DNA of 64,000 bases, from contig NIVC01000934.1 of NCBI GenBank assembly GCA_002269645.1, positions 186,001-250,000 on the forward strand, written 5' to 3'. Below the pieces are notes generated by a model. The model worked only from the letters and a program-made list of their open reading frames with translations. It was not told the origin of the DNA and did not search any database. Position 1 is the stretch's first letter; every line of letters begins with the position of its first letter. Source of the DNA: Macrostomum lignano (Eukaryota). Of the stretch, positions 1-11,674 are shown piece by piece. Both the position numbers and the translations under genes were made by a program.

Positions 1-417
1 TTATTTACGGAAGGGGGATTCTGGTCTGGGGGGTTTGGGCAGTCAGCCTGGCCCTACACCTCCCGCATAAGCTGATTAACACCCAGTTAAACCCTGGATC
101 CTGCCATCATCATCATCATATCTCCCGTGCAGGCTCCATCCATGGCTGCATGGTTTGGCCTGACCTTGCAGTGACTGCAGACTGGCCACAAACTGCCTTC
201 TTTCTTTTAGCTCGAGTGATCCTCAAAAGGCTGATAAAATTCTGCTTTGAGAACCGCTCAGTCCATGCAAAAGGTCCGGGTCGCATTTCAAGTCAGTTGT
301 CGTCTTCAATAATACTCAGAAAAATCAATTTTACTTTGTTACAGATCGTGCCAGAAAGATAAACTACAGAGACAGGTTGACGGTCTCCTGCGGGGTTTAT
401 TGAAGGCTTACGGGCAG

Positions 418-935
418 TTGCTTGAGATGTTAAAGATCATGGGGAATTGCTTGATGTTAAAGATCATAGGGAATTGCCTGATGTTAAAGATCATGGGGAA
501 TTGCTTGATGTTAAAGATCATGGGGAATTGCTTGGTGTTAAAGATCATGGGGAATTGCTTGAGTTGTTAAAGATCATGGGGAATTGCTTGAAATGTTAAA
601 GATCATGGGCAATTGCTTGAAATGTTAAAGATCATGGGGAATTGCTTGATGTTAAAGATCATGGGGAATTGCTTGAGATGTTAAAGATCATGGGGAATTG
701 CCTGATGTTAAAGATCATGGGGAATTGCTTGAGATGTTAAAGATCATGGGGAATTGCTTGATGTTAAAGATCATGGGGAATTGCATGATGTTAAAGATCA
801 TGGGGAATTGCTTGAGATGTTAAAGATCATGGGGAATTGCTTGAAATGTTAAAGATCATGGGGAATTGCTTGAGATGTTAAAGATCATGGGGAATTGCTT
901 GAGATGTTAAAGATCATGGGGGATTGCTTGCGATG
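418..935. repeat. Minisatellite, 27-29 bp unit (GCTTGAGATGTTAAAGATCATGGGGAATT)
   Basis: Directly visible tandem units with small indels. Confidence 0.95.
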
Positions 936-954
936 TTTAATATTATGGAGGGAA

Positions 955-1300
955 TGCTGCGATATCAAAGATTATGGGGGTACTGCTGAGATATCAAAGA
1001 TAATGGGGGATATTGCTGACATATCAAAGATTATGGGGGATATTGCTGAGATATCATAGATTATTATGGGGTGTATTGCTTAGATATCAAAGATTATGGG
1101 GGATATCGCTTAGATATCAAAGATTATGGGGGTATTGCTGAGATATCAAAGATTATGGGGGTATTGCTGAGATATCAAAGATTATAGGGGTATTGCTGAG
1201 ATATCAAAGATTATGAGGGTATTGCTGAGATATCAAAGATTATGGGGGTATTGCTGAGATATCAAAGATTATGGGGGAAATTGCTGAAAATCTTTGGCTC
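955..1300. repeat. Minisatellite, ~29 bp unit (GCTGAGATATCAAAGATTATGGGGGTATT), related to the adjacent array
   Basis: Tandem units visible; aligns end to end with the 418-935 unit. Confidence 0.9.
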
Positions 1301-2472
1301 TTGGGGGTTGCTGAGATGCCAAGGGTCAATTGGAAGTTGTTGGGAGGGCCAAGCATCAAAGAGAGAGTTTATATGATTGCCATGGCTTGAAGAAGGATAT
1401 TTTGGGCTGGACAGCCGGCTTTCATGGCCATGATGCTTTTTGGCTTTTTAAACATCATTTTCATCAGGAAACTACAATACTTCATAACAACAATGACTGT
1501 ACAAAAAGTCATGTAATTTGTTAAAATTGATTCCCTTCTCTGCATGACAGGCTGACATGTGACCAGGTGTGCGGTTATTCGAGTGTAATTGCAGCAGGTC
1601 ACTGCATGGTTGTGCTGCATTCGAGTTATTCTAAATCAGGTTATTGTTCTGTGCCCCTGGATCTTATCAAAGCTTGCACCGCAAGAGGCCACATGGGTAT
1701 TGAGAGCAATGGCTAAAATTAGGGCAAACAAATAGAGTCAAAGGAAGACCATGCAGGCTTTCATGCACAAGCAAATTGTTTGTAGCGAAAATATAATACA
1801 GTAAGATGCGAAATGTGAAAAAAAGCAGCAATTCTGTGTGCAGATCTTCCCCCGATTCACTCGACAAAATGCCCATGCAACAACTTTTGTATATAGACAG
1901 GCTTAATGGCTGTTTATCTGGGTCAGTCAGTTTTATCTCCGTTCTCTGCGGCTTTGGTCTGCAGTCTCCCCTGCAGCAGATTATTGTTGAGACTTGCGCG
2001 ACTTCAGCTGTAGTTTAGGGGTCCGGAAACATCTTTTACCACAAGGGCCGGATAAGGAATCCAGCTCATGGCTGCGGGTCAGGTGAGAGAGGGAATAGGA
2101 GATGAGAGGGGAGAGGGGAGAGGAGATCTGGGAGAGCGGGCCCCTGAGCTAGTTCCATTGCTACAGCCTGCATGGCCTGGAGATCGGGGAGGAGCGGCCC
2201 CTGAGCTAGTTCCATTGCTACAGCCTGCATGGGCTATATTTGACTCTGTCTGTGCTCTCTCTATGCGATGAAGCCTCAAGGGAAGCATTCTGGGAACTAG
2301 GCTGACGTGAGGAGACTCTGGGAGGGAGAGGAGTTGACGGGCAGTGGCTCTAGTGGGAGAGGAGGCTGGTCGAGTCTTGCCCCAACGAGCCAAAGCAGTC
2401 GATCGGGAGGCAAATGGAAAAACTTTCATCCCGAGCGAGAGTGCTTTTTCATTGATTTTTTGAACTCGCCCC

Positions 2473-2761
2473 TGTTCTGGAGGTTCGTTTTTTTTGTCAA
2501 TTTTTTTGGGTTTTTACTTATTTAATTGTACATGTATTTTCTCTTTATTTAATGTACATGAGCCAACCCCCCTCGATTTGCTAACCCCACCCCACGTTAA
2601 ATAATAATTAAAAAGGGCGTGATTTTTGGTCAGCGTGTTTTTTTACTAACTTGGTTGTTTTGTTTGCCTGCGCGAGAACGCAGAGGTATTGAAGGCTACA
2701 AACATCCGATTTTCGCCTACTTAATTATTTTTCGGTTTTTGAAGAGTTAGTCGATTTAACA
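2473..2761 (+). repeat. 5' LTR (289 bp)
   Basis: Starts TGTTCTGG, ends TTTAACA; appears identical to 9224-9512. Confidence 0.98.
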
Positions 2762-2763
2762 AC

Positions 2764-2781
2764 TGGTAGCAGAGCGTGGTT
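2764..2781 (+). promoter_or_regulatory. Primer-binding site, initiator-Met-tRNA type
   Basis: TGGTAGCAGAGCGTGGTT lies 2 nt after the 5' LTR and matches the reverse complement of the animal tRNA-iMet 3' end (TGGTAGCAGAG...). Confidence 0.85.
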
Positions 2782-2786
2782 CAAAA

Positions 2787-5700
2787 ATGCAAAAGGACGG
2801 AGAAGAATTCGAGTCGAACTACCCGCCGGCTGACGAGGAAGAACGCAAGCTGATGGACGCGAAGGCCGCCAAGACGAGGGCCAAGGCCGCATTCACCAAA
2901 GGAAGAAACCGGCTGGTACAACAACTCGCTGCTGGTGGTCAAGACGGCGCCGAAGTACAACAGCAAGCGACTCTCATGGAGAAGCTATTCGAGGCGGTGA
3001 CAACTGAGCTGGAGAAGCTGTTGGAGCTCGCCGGAAACGACCTGCCACTGCGTCGCCAAACGATCAAGGAGCTGGAGAATGCTGAAAAGGACTACGGTGA
3101 GACTGTGGGTCTGATGACCGAGTTCTGGAAAGATCGTAGCAGAAGCGAAGCAGCTGAGAGGGAGGAACAGGATCGCTTGGCGGAGTCTGAAGAACAGCAG
3201 AGGCGTGAGGAAGAGCAGCGAAAAGTGCAAGCCGCAGAGCACAGAGCGCTGGAGTTGGAAGAGGTGCAGAGAGAGCTAGAGAGAGACTATCAACAACGGC
3301 ATGAGCAGTTGGCAGAGGAGCTGAGGCGACTGAAAATTGTTACTGGCAGCACTAAGGCAGAGAGCCCGTGTGAAAGGGCAAGCCCAGGTTCAGGTTTGGC
3401 TGAACAGTCGATTGGGGCTGAGGTGGGTGTAAGCGCTGCGCCAGACAGGAGTGAAAAAGCTGATTGGACTGCCCACGAAGGGGGGTCAGGCGAGCGATCG
3501 ATAAAACAAAACCCTGCACCCAGGCCAGCCACCTCACAGTCAGCCAGTGTACAGTCGCAACTCAGAGAGCCAATCGTTCAGCAGGAGTGTACACAGAGGG
3601 TGAGAGAAGAAGCGGAGAGGCAGGTCAGTCAGGACATGTGGCGGCAATTGCAGCGGGTGGCGATTCCCAGTTTCTCAGGTGATAAGCGTCAATACGAAGG
3701 GTGGAAGGCGGCCTTTTACGCGTGTGTAGATGCTGCACCCTCCTCTCGAGTGTACAAGCTATTGCAACTGAGGCAGTGTCTGCAGGGCGATGCGCTAAAG
3801 CTAATAGCCAACCTAGGGCATTCTGAATTTGCGTACAAGGCGGCTCTGGATAGGTTGGAGAGAGAATATGGAGGAGAGAGGCGCCGGCTGGTGCTAGTGT
3901 TGGAGGACCTGGACCGTTTTCGGCCCATTGTGACGGAGAGTGCGCCTCAGTTGAAGAAGCTGGCTGATCTGGTGGATGTAGCGGTTATCAATCTGATGGA
4001 GGCGGGTCGTGAAGCTGAACTAGACAGCAATGGATTGCTTCATCTTCGCGTGCAAAAGAAATTGCCGACTGACACCCTGGCACGGTATCACCGATGGGTC
4101 GGGGAGAATGGCAGAAATGACACGCTCAGCGCTCTTCATCAATGGCTGCTGCGGGAGGCTGAGTATCAGACGGTTGCTATGGAGGCAGTGCATGGAGTTG
4201 CGGCACAGAATGGGCCAGGAGCAGGGAAGATGGAGCAAAGTAAGAAATTCAGCGGGATGCAGCGCACGGAAACAGCTCGAACGCATTTTGGCGCTGTCGC
4301 GGAGTCAACGAGAGCCGATGAGCAGCGCAAGAAAAACTGCCGTGTCTGTGAAGGAAGCCATGGCGCCTGGGAGTGCCCGAAGTTTGCGGAGATGGATGTA
4401 GTGAAGCGATGGGCCGTTGCTCGTGAGAAGAAGCTGTGCTTTCATTGTCTCGGCGTCAATCACTCTGGTTTAGCTTGTCGGCGGTCTAGAACCTGTGGCG
4501 TAGATGGTTGCCAGGGAAAACACCATCGAATGCTTCACCAGAAGCGGGAGCCGAAACCAGCAGCTGCAGTGACGAGAGGCGGCGAAGGAGAGGCACGAAA
4601 ACCCGCGGAGGACATATCAGCGGCGACGAAGAAGGAGCGCACTATGCTGGCCGAAGTCGTAAAGGAAACTGCGTTGAGGACGGTGCCGGTAATATTGGTG
4701 GCTGGTGAGCGCCAAGTTCGGATCAACGCGTTGCTTGATGATGCGAGTACGCGCACGTACCTCAATGCGGACGTAGCAGCAGAGCTGGGACTCGAAGGTA
4801 AACTTCAGCGCATAAACGTTAAGGTGCTCAACGGAGGAGTCGAGTCGTTTGAAACAGCGCCTGTAGAGGTGACAGTCCGGAGTGTCGATGCAGCGTTTGA
4901 GACAAAAATTGTTGCTTTCACAGCGGAGAAAGTAACCGGCGGAATGAAGGCAGTTGATTGGAGTCAACTGGCGGAGCACTGGGCGCATCTGAGAGGCATT
5001 CCGTTTGAGTCAACATCAAGCCGGAAAACGGTTGACATGCTCATCGGTGTCGACAATGCCGAGATGCATCTGGCTTGCAAAGAAGTCTGTGGAATGCCAG
5101 GGGAACCAATAGCTCGACTGACTCCTATTGGATGGACCTGCATCGGGCAGTTAGGTTCGGATGAGGGAAGTAGCAAGAGCGGGGAATCGTTCCTCTGCCA
5201 CGAGTGTCAAGATCAGGTCGACAGTCAGGTTCGAAGGTTGTGGGCGATCGAGGAAGTTCCTGATGTAGCTGAGCTGAACCGCGAAAGAGGGACGTTAACT
5301 GCGGATGAGCAGCATGCTGTGGCGGTAGTCAAGGAGTCGATGTCGGTGGTGGAAGGAAGATATCAGGTAGCCATTCCATGGAAGTCTCAAAATCGTGCTC
5401 TGCCGAGCAATCGTGAAGCTGCGGAACGCAGACTGATCAGCACGGAGAAGCGACTGCAGAGGAGTGAAGGATTGCCAAAAGCGTATCAGGAGGTGTTGGA
5501 AGGCCAGTTGGAAAAAGGTTATCTCAAGAAGGTCGAAGACAGCAGTGAGCTTCAAAACACCGAATGGTACCTGCCGCATTTTCCGGTAATCAGAGAAGAC
5601 AAGGACACCACCAAAGTCCGTATCGTGTTTGACGCTTCCGCGCGCTGCCAAGGAGTGAGTCTCAATGACGTCATCCTTCCAGGACCGAAGCTTCAGAACG

Positions 5701-8579
5701 ACCTATTTCAAGTGCTCCTTCGATTCCGTCGCGGTCCAGTGGCAATCGTTTGCGACATTGAAGAGATGTACCTTAGAATTCGCCTCAAGCCAGAAGATCG
5801 GCGCTACTTTCGATTTTTGTGGCGAGACAGGAACGAAACGGGCAAACCTGAGGTATTCGAGTTTCAGAGTGTCGTTTTTGGAGTTAATTGTTCGCCGTTT
5901 CTTGCTCAGTTCGTTTCGCAGGAGCATGCTAGGAGTCATCAGGAAACTTTTCCAAGAGCGTCAGAAACCATTCTGAAGTCGACCTACATGGACGACAGTT
6001 TGGACTCAGTGAGCAGCGTCCATGAAGCTATCCAGTTGCGCCGCGAACTGACAGCTCTGTGGGAAAAAGCCGGCATGCGTGCGAGAAAATGGATGTCGAA
6101 CGCGTCTGAGGTGTTGGAGACAGTAGCTCCGGAGGATCGAGCGGTGAAAGCGCAGCACGTGCTTCGTGGAGAAATGGCGACGTCGAAGGCGTTGGGAGTG
6201 ACTTGGACAGCCAATGATGATATGCTCGCGATCACGGGAAATGCAGGTGCGAAGGAAGTGTCCGTTGAGTCGAAACGACAGCTGCTCAAGCGCGTTGCGA
6301 TGGTGTTCGACCCATGCGGGTTTCTGAGTCCATTTACAATTCGCGGGCGAATTCTTCTGCAGGAGATTTGGCAGAATGGAGCGGATTGGGATGAGCCCTT
6401 GGACCAGCAAGTTGCCGCGAAGGCTACGCAATGGGCAGCGGAGATTGAAGAGTTGAGCATGCTGAAAATTCCACGATGTCTATGGCCTGATCCTACCAAA
6501 AAGGCAGTGCTACACGTCTTTGTGGATGCATCTCAGGTGGCTTACGGCGCGGTAATCTATCTCAGGAGCGCCACAAGCCTGGACAAAATCTGTGTTCGTC
6601 TTGTAGCCGCAAAAGCACGTGTAGCTCCATTGGCAGCATGCAGCATCCCCAGACTCGAGCTCATGGCGGCGGTGCTTGGCGTGCGACTCGCCCAGACGGT
6701 GGCAGATGCGCTCGATTTAGACCTGAGAGAGTCGGTGTTCTGGAGTGACAGTGCAAATGTGCTCTGGTGGCTTCGAGGTCGCAGTAGAATTTTCAAGCCG
6801 TTCGTAGCAAATCGTGTTGCGTTCATTCAGGAGGCGGTGAAGACTTGTCAGTGGCGTCACGTGCCGACCGATCTGAACCCCGCTGATGCCGTATCGCGAG
6901 GCTGTAGCGCCAAAGACCTTTGCCAATCAGCGGTCTGGAGCGCGGGACCAGAGTTTCTGCTGCTAGATGAGGATGGCTGGCCGGCAAGGCTAGTTCCGAC
7001 ATCGGTTGACGGAGATCAAGAAGTTCGGCGAGAGGCGAGCAAGAGTAGTAAATCGGCGGCCGTAACTCTGTTGTCGAACGACACCACAGACAACGATTGG
7101 CGTTTGAATCCAGAGCGATTTTCGAGCTACCGCAGGCTGCGTAGCGTGACAGCATGGGTTCAGCGCTTCATCAGTAATTGCCGACTTCCGCGAGATGAGA
7201 GACGACTTGGTGACCTCGAGGTCGAGGAGCTGCAAGAAGCTGAGGATCGAATCCTACGCGTGGCTCAGGAAGAAGCTTTCAAAGCAGAAGTTCAGCAGGT
7301 GCGTAGGGGAAAGCCAGTCTTCTCCAGCAGTCAGCTTCGCTGTCTCCAACCATTTCTTGATGAGGACGGACTGCTGCGAGTGGACGGAAGACTGAAGTTC
7401 GACCAGAATCTGTCATATCAGTCCAAGCATCCGGTCATTCTGCCGAGGCGAAGTTGGGTCACGAAGTTGTTGGTGAAGCACTATCACGAAGATCAAGGAC
7501 ATGGCGGAACAAACCAGACGCTGGCAGCGATGTCGACGAAGTTTTGGGTAGTCGGTGGGCGCGAAGCCATTCGAGAATGGGAGAAGGAGTGCGCGCGATG
7601 CAGAAGGCAAAAAGCAGGACCGGAGGTGCAGCAGATGGCGCCGCTGCCAGAGGCCAGGCTGAAGAACTCTCTCCGAGCGTTCAGCTTTGTGGCAGTCGAC
7701 TTCGGTGGTCCGTTTGAAACGGTACAAGGGCGCGGAAGACGGCGAACGAAGAGGTATTTGGCCCTGTTCACCTGTTTGGAGACGAGAGCCGTGCACCTGG
7801 AAATGGCGTACAGCTTGGATTCTGACTCATTTCTGAATGCTTTCGCGCGCATGATCAACCGTAGAGGCCGGCCACTCGAAGTTTACTCCGATAACGGCGG
7901 CAACTTTGTCAAAGGCGAGCGAGAACTACGAGAATTCGAAAACGAGCAGCAGAACAAAATCCAGAGAGCGGCAGCTGAGCGCGGCATCAAGTGGCGCTTC
8001 CAGCCTCCGTCGGCGCCCCATTTCGGCGGCTCCCACGAAGTTATGGTTCGCGCCGCTAAGCGAGCTGTGCGCGCCATCCTTAGCAACGCTGACATCACCG
8101 ACGAAGAGCTGCATTCCGCCTTCACCGGTGCGGAAGCGCTCATCAATTCCAGGCCGTTGACATACCAAACCGCAAGCCCAAAGGACGACACGCCGTTGAC
8201 GCCAAACCATTTCTTGCATGGACAGCTGGGTGGTGACTTTGCTACGGAAGTCTCGACCGAGGTCAGCCGCGACCCGCGCCGGCGGTGGCGACGTGTCCAA
8301 GAGCTGGTGCGGCACTTCTGGCACCGATGGCTGCGTGAGTGGGTGCCAAGACTCAATGCCAGATCCAAGTGGGTCAAGGAGCAGCCGGATCTCGCCGTCG
8401 GCGACATCGTCTTGGCGCTACGAGCGGATGCGCCTCGAGGACACTGGCCGCTCGGGCGAGTTCTCGAGGTATTTCCTGGACGAGACGGCCATGTGCGCGT
8501 GGCCAAGGTGCGGACTGGCGGTGGGACAGTGCTGCGACCCGTGACGAAGTTGTGTCTGCTGCAGCGAGGTGAACAGTGA
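2787..8579 (+). CDS. Bel/Pao gag-pol polyprotein, 1930 aa (gag-PR-RT-RNaseH-IN)
   Basis: Three Cys/His knuckles (CRVCEGSHGAWEC, CFHCLGVNHSGLAC, CGVDGCQGKHHRMLH), protease LLDDAS, RT YMDD, RNase H HVFVDAS, integrase HHCC plus VDFGGP/SDNGGNF/GGSHE; no stops. Confidence 0.97.
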   Translation: MQKDGEEFESNYPPADEEERKLMDAKAAKTRAKAAFTKGRNRLVQQLAAGGQDGAEVQQQATLMEKLFEAVTTELEKLLELAGNDLPLRRQTIKELENAEKDYGETVGLMTEFWKDRSRSEAAEREEQDRLAESEEQQRREEEQRKVQAAEHRALELEEVQRELERDYQQRHEQLAEELRRLKIVTGSTKAESPCERASPGSGLAEQSIGAEVGVSAAPDRSEKADWTAHEGGSGERSIKQNPAPRPATSQSASVQSQLREPIVQQECTQRVREEAERQVSQDMWRQLQRVAIPSFSGDKRQYEGWKAAFYACVDAAPSSRVYKLLQLRQCLQGDALKLIANLGHSEFAYKAALDRLEREYGGERRRLVLVLEDLDRFRPIVTESAPQLKKLADLVDVAVINLMEAGREAELDSNGLLHLRVQKKLPTDTLARYHRWVGENGRNDTLSALHQWLLREAEYQTVAMEAVHGVAAQNGPGAGKMEQSKKFSGMQRTETARTHFGAVAESTRADEQRKKNCRVCEGSHGAWECPKFAEMDVVKRWAVAREKKLCFHCLGVNHSGLACRRSRTCGVDGCQGKHHRMLHQKREPKPAAAVTRGGEGEARKPAEDISAATKKERTMLAEVVKETALRTVPVILVAGERQVRINALLDDASTRTYLNADVAAELGLEGKLQRINVKVLNGGVESFETAPVEVTVRSVDAAFETKIVAFTAEKVTGGMKAVDWSQLAEHWAHLRGIPFESTSSRKTVDMLIGVDNAEMHLACKEVCGMPGEPIARLTPIGWTCIGQLGSDEGSSKSGESFLCHECQDQVDSQVRRLWAIEEVPDVAELNRERGTLTADEQHAVAVVKESMSVVEGRYQVAIPWKSQNRALPSNREAAERRLISTEKRLQRSEGLPKAYQEVLEGQLEKGYLKKVEDSSELQNTEWYLPHFPVIREDKDTTKVRIVFDASARCQGVSLNDVILPGPKLQNDLFQVLLRFRRGPVAIVCDIEEMYLRIRLKPEDRRYFRFLWRDRNETGKPEVFEFQSVVFGVNCSPFLAQFVSQEHARSHQETFPRASETILKSTYMDDSLDSVSSVHEAIQLRRELTALWEKAGMRARKWMSNASEVLETVAPEDRAVKAQHVLRGEMATSKALGVTWTANDDMLAITGNAGAKEVSVESKRQLLKRVAMVFDPCGFLSPFTIRGRILLQEIWQNGADWDEPLDQQVAAKATQWAAEIEELSMLKIPRCLWPDPTKKAVLHVFVDASQVAYGAVIYLRSATSLDKICVRLVAAKARVAPLAACSIPRLELMAAVLGVRLAQTVADALDLDLRESVFWSDSANVLWWLRGRSRIFKPFVANRVAFIQEAVKTCQWRHVPTDLNPADAVSRGCSAKDLCQSAVWSAGPEFLLLDEDGWPARLVPTSVDGDQEVRREASKSSKSAAVTLLSNDTTDNDWRLNPERFSSYRRLRSVTAWVQRFISNCRLPRDERRLGDLEVEELQEAEDRILRVAQEEAFKAEVQQVRRGKPVFSSSQLRCLQPFLDEDGLLRVDGRLKFDQNLSYQSKHPVILPRRSWVTKLLVKHYHEDQGHGGTNQTLAAMSTKFWVVGGREAIREWEKECARCRRQKAGPEVQQMAPLPEARLKNSLRAFSFVAVDFGGPFETVQGRGRRRTKRYLALFTCLETRAVHLEMAYSLDSDSFLNAFARMINRRGRPLEVYSDNGGNFVKGERELREFENEQQNKIQRAAAERGIKWRFQPPSAPHFGGSHEVMVRAAKRAVRAILSNADITDEELHSAFTGAEALINSRPLTYQTASPKDDTPLTPNHFLHGQLGGDFATEVSTEVSRDPRRRWRRVQELVRHFWHRWLREWVPRLNARSKWVKEQPDLAVGDIVLALRADAPRGHWPLGRVLEVFPGRDGHVRVAKVRTGGGTVLRPVTKLCLLQRGEQ

Positions 8580-9210
8580 CTGTTGACTTATTGTTAAAAT
8601 GGACTTTTCGATGCTAAACAAAACTTTTCAGATATGTAGTTTTTTGACGGCTAGTTTATGGTGTTTGGAATTATTTATCTTTTTCGTGTCATTATTTGCC
8701 GTTTTTTTGCTCCTAATAGCTGAAGTGGTGATGGATTGCTTATTTTTGCGTATTTTGTGTTTTTTATTTTGAGTAAAAAGACTTTGTTGCTTGCTTGAAT
8801 GCGAGTTCTTTTGGCAGATTTTGTGCTTTGATTTTTTCATATGTTTACAGTAGGGATTATTTAAGTTTTCAAGACATTTTTATCCCGTGTTATTTCACTA
8901 ATTATCGTTTGAGCAGTCTTTGAGTTCGTTTGTGTTCGTTTTTTAGTAGAGATTTTTGTGTTGGCTAGCGACGGAAGTCAAGGGTTATATTTAACTATTT
9001 TTGAGCCCAATTAACACTTCACATTGCATGCATTCGTATTGTTACTCTCTGCTTTCGCGCTATTCATTTTTTTGGTTACAGAACTTTACTGTTTTTTTTC
9101 AAATTATGCTTGCAACCGTTTCAATTGCACAATTGCACCTTTTTCAATTAATTGTACCTAAGTTTCTGGGAGGCGATTTTTTTCTGCTTTTTTGCTGATT
9201 GGCCCCAATC

Positions 9211-9223
9211 AGGAAGGGGGGAA
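9211..9223 (+). promoter_or_regulatory. Polypurine tract
   Basis: AGGAAGGGGGGAA immediately before the 3' LTR. Confidence 0.9.
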
Positions 9224-9512
9224 TGTTCTGGAGGTTCGTTTTTTTTGTCAATTTTTTTGGGTTTTTACTTATTTAATTGTACATGTATTTTCTCTTTATT
9301 TAATGTACATGAGCCAACCCCCCTCGATTTGCTAACCCCACCCCACGTTAAATAATAATTAAAAAGGGCGTGATTTTTGGTCAGCGTGTTTTTTTACTAA
9401 CTTGGTTGTTTTGTTTGCCTGCGCGAGAACGCAGAGGTATTGAAGGCTACAAACATCCGATTTTCGCCTACTTAATTATTTTTCGGTTTTTGAAGAGTTA
9501 GTCGATTTAACA
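9224..9512 (+). repeat. 3' LTR (289 bp)
   Basis: Direct repeat of 2473-2761, followed by TSD GCCCC. Confidence 0.98.
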
Positions 9513-11344
9513 GCCCCTAGGGAACCCGAGTTCCTCTCTCCCTCTCTCGACTCTCCTCTTTTTCGCAATTAGCGAGCAAATCGGTTCACGAGCCACTCAC
9601 TCACTGCATGCAGGTGAACGAAGGCACAAAAGCATTCAGGGGCTGCACTTCTGCGGCCTGTAGACATTTCCAATGCCATTAGAGTTTGCAAGGCCCCCGC
9701 GCGCGCGATGGGGCCTTCAGGTTCTGTATATGTAAGCTTTTGTGGCTGGAAGCGAAGTCTGTTCGACTTCTTCTTTCTGTGCGCTAGTTGCCATTGCCAC
9801 GCTCTCGGGGGCAATAAACAGCGCACTGGGGGGGGCATATCGAATTTCTGCTTCAGAGGGCAATTATTGCTTCTATTGAATTCTACCCAGCCAGACCTTG
9901 GCAGCGGAGAACTTTGGAAATTCTCCCATCCCATGCAACAACACTCTTCTGTTCCCAATTCTCCGTCCCAGCCCAACGATAATCTGCCATACAGGCCTGT
10001 GTAATTCTATAATCTCCTTCTTTCTTTTCTCCCTAGCCGCCGGATCACATGATTTGGCGGTCCCGCTGCGCTCAAATCCCTGGCTGGGAAAGCAGTCGTT
10101 TATGCGTCAGCCTCAAGCACCTTCATACCTTTACGTGACCCCCCCCGCTTTTTCTTTTCACTCAACGCCAAGTCCGGAAGAAGGTGGAGGGGATCGGCGC
10201 CCACCCACCTTGCAAAGCCGCTGCCCACCCCATCTGCCACCCCTCGTTAAATTCTGCGCCGCCACGCGCATTTAACAGAAATTTTTTCATGAAATTTTGG
10301 GGAACAAAGCCACCCCTCTCTCGAAAGTCGCCATCGTCCCCATTTTTGGGGCTTTCTTTGTTTCCCCACGGGCCCCTTTGTTATTATTCTTCTCACTGAA
10401 AGCGGCACGTGTTTCCCCAAAACTTCCCATTGACTAGAGCTCAGGTGAGTGGGGAGCTCAAGGCCACGGATACGCCTGTGCAGTCAGCTAATGGGCTGAG
10501 TTTGAGTTTTTAGTCATTCGCCAAAGCGTTTGCTAAAACTCACTAGCTGGTCCAGTGGTCCCATTTTCAAGTCAACAAATGCCGCACAGTCTCAGGTTTC
10601 TCGTGCCTACTGCATGGGCACGGCCAATTAACCTGGCATAATAATGAGCAGGCGGACACCAATTAGGACTAGGAGGCTCAAAAAAGACTGTTAGTTGGGT
10701 CTGAGTCCTTTTGGCTGACGGTTGTAACAAACATTGAAATGCTTATTTGGTTCTAGCTTAAATTTAAATTAGTTTGCGGCAATTGTATGGCCAGAGTTTC
10801 TTTATAAGCTTGAAAACATGTAAGGTCCCAATTGAGTCTGATCTTCAATATGTGAAGGCAAATCAATAAACAGGACTGGATGAGTAAGCCAAAGAAAGGC
10901 TCCATCCTCAGCCTCTCCACCTCCTCCTTTCCTTCCTGTCTTAATGCAAGTTCTATTTCTCTTTTCTTCGGCTTGAGCCTCTCTGGCTTTGGCTGTTCTC
11001 GGCGGGAGGGCCGAATTGGGGTGGGTGGGGCTGGTCGTTATAAAATTAGTGTTTCCCTCTCTTTCCCATGAGCCGGGCCCGTGCTATAGAATCTAATGTA
11101 CATCAAAGCTTTCTTGGGCTTTCCCCCTCACTCTGGAATGATGGAATATAGAAGAAGGGGCAGAACGTTCAAGCCACAGAGGGGGAGAGAAAAATCGGGG
11201 TCTGTGGGCAGACTGGTAGGAAAGCGTAGTCATGACAGCGCTGGGGCAATCAGCTGTTTGGTTTGAAATAGCTTGAATCAGCTGACCGACCTTGGGCACG
11301 AGAAGGCTTCTTATTGGTTGGGGCTTCCCCCCACTGGCTATGAC

Positions 11345-11380
11345 TATATAAGCGAATGCTCTTCCGTTCCCCGCCAGTGT
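11345..11380 (+). promoter_or_regulatory. Candidate TATA box/initiator of the cyclin gene
   Basis: TATATAAG at 11345, CCAGT about 29 nt downstream, CCAAT-like ATTGG upstream; ~330 nt before the ATG. Confidence 0.4.
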
Positions 11381-11674
11381 CACTGCTGAGTTGCGCCCCA
11401 AGAACGAAACCGCTAGTTTATTAGTTAGGATTTCCTTTTCTTATTTCTTTTCTAGCAGAACTGAAATGGATTGCTAAAACTGGCGATTTAGCTTCATCCA
11501 TCCCAGCCCGAAAGTCTTTCAATACACACACTGTGCACTAGCAACTGTTGCCAGTTCAAACCAGTCAGTTATTTAGTCTTTAAGATTTAGAATTCAGATC
11601 ACCCTTTTCATCTAGAATTTTTTAATTCGTAACTCAGCTACCGTTACCATACCAAGAGTTTTACTACATCTGTC

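Larger units (their letters stand above)
2473..9512 (+). mobile_element. Full-length Bel/Pao LTR retrotransposon
   Basis: TG...CA LTRs at 2473-2761 and 9224-9512; 5-bp TSD GCCCC at 2468-2472 and 9513-9517; PBS, PPT and a single gag-pol ORF present. Confidence 0.98.

Noticed and set aside
8580-9210. env-like gene between pol and the 3' LTR
   Set aside because: T-rich 630 bp with no sense ORF; only a short Lys-rich antisense ORF from base composition.
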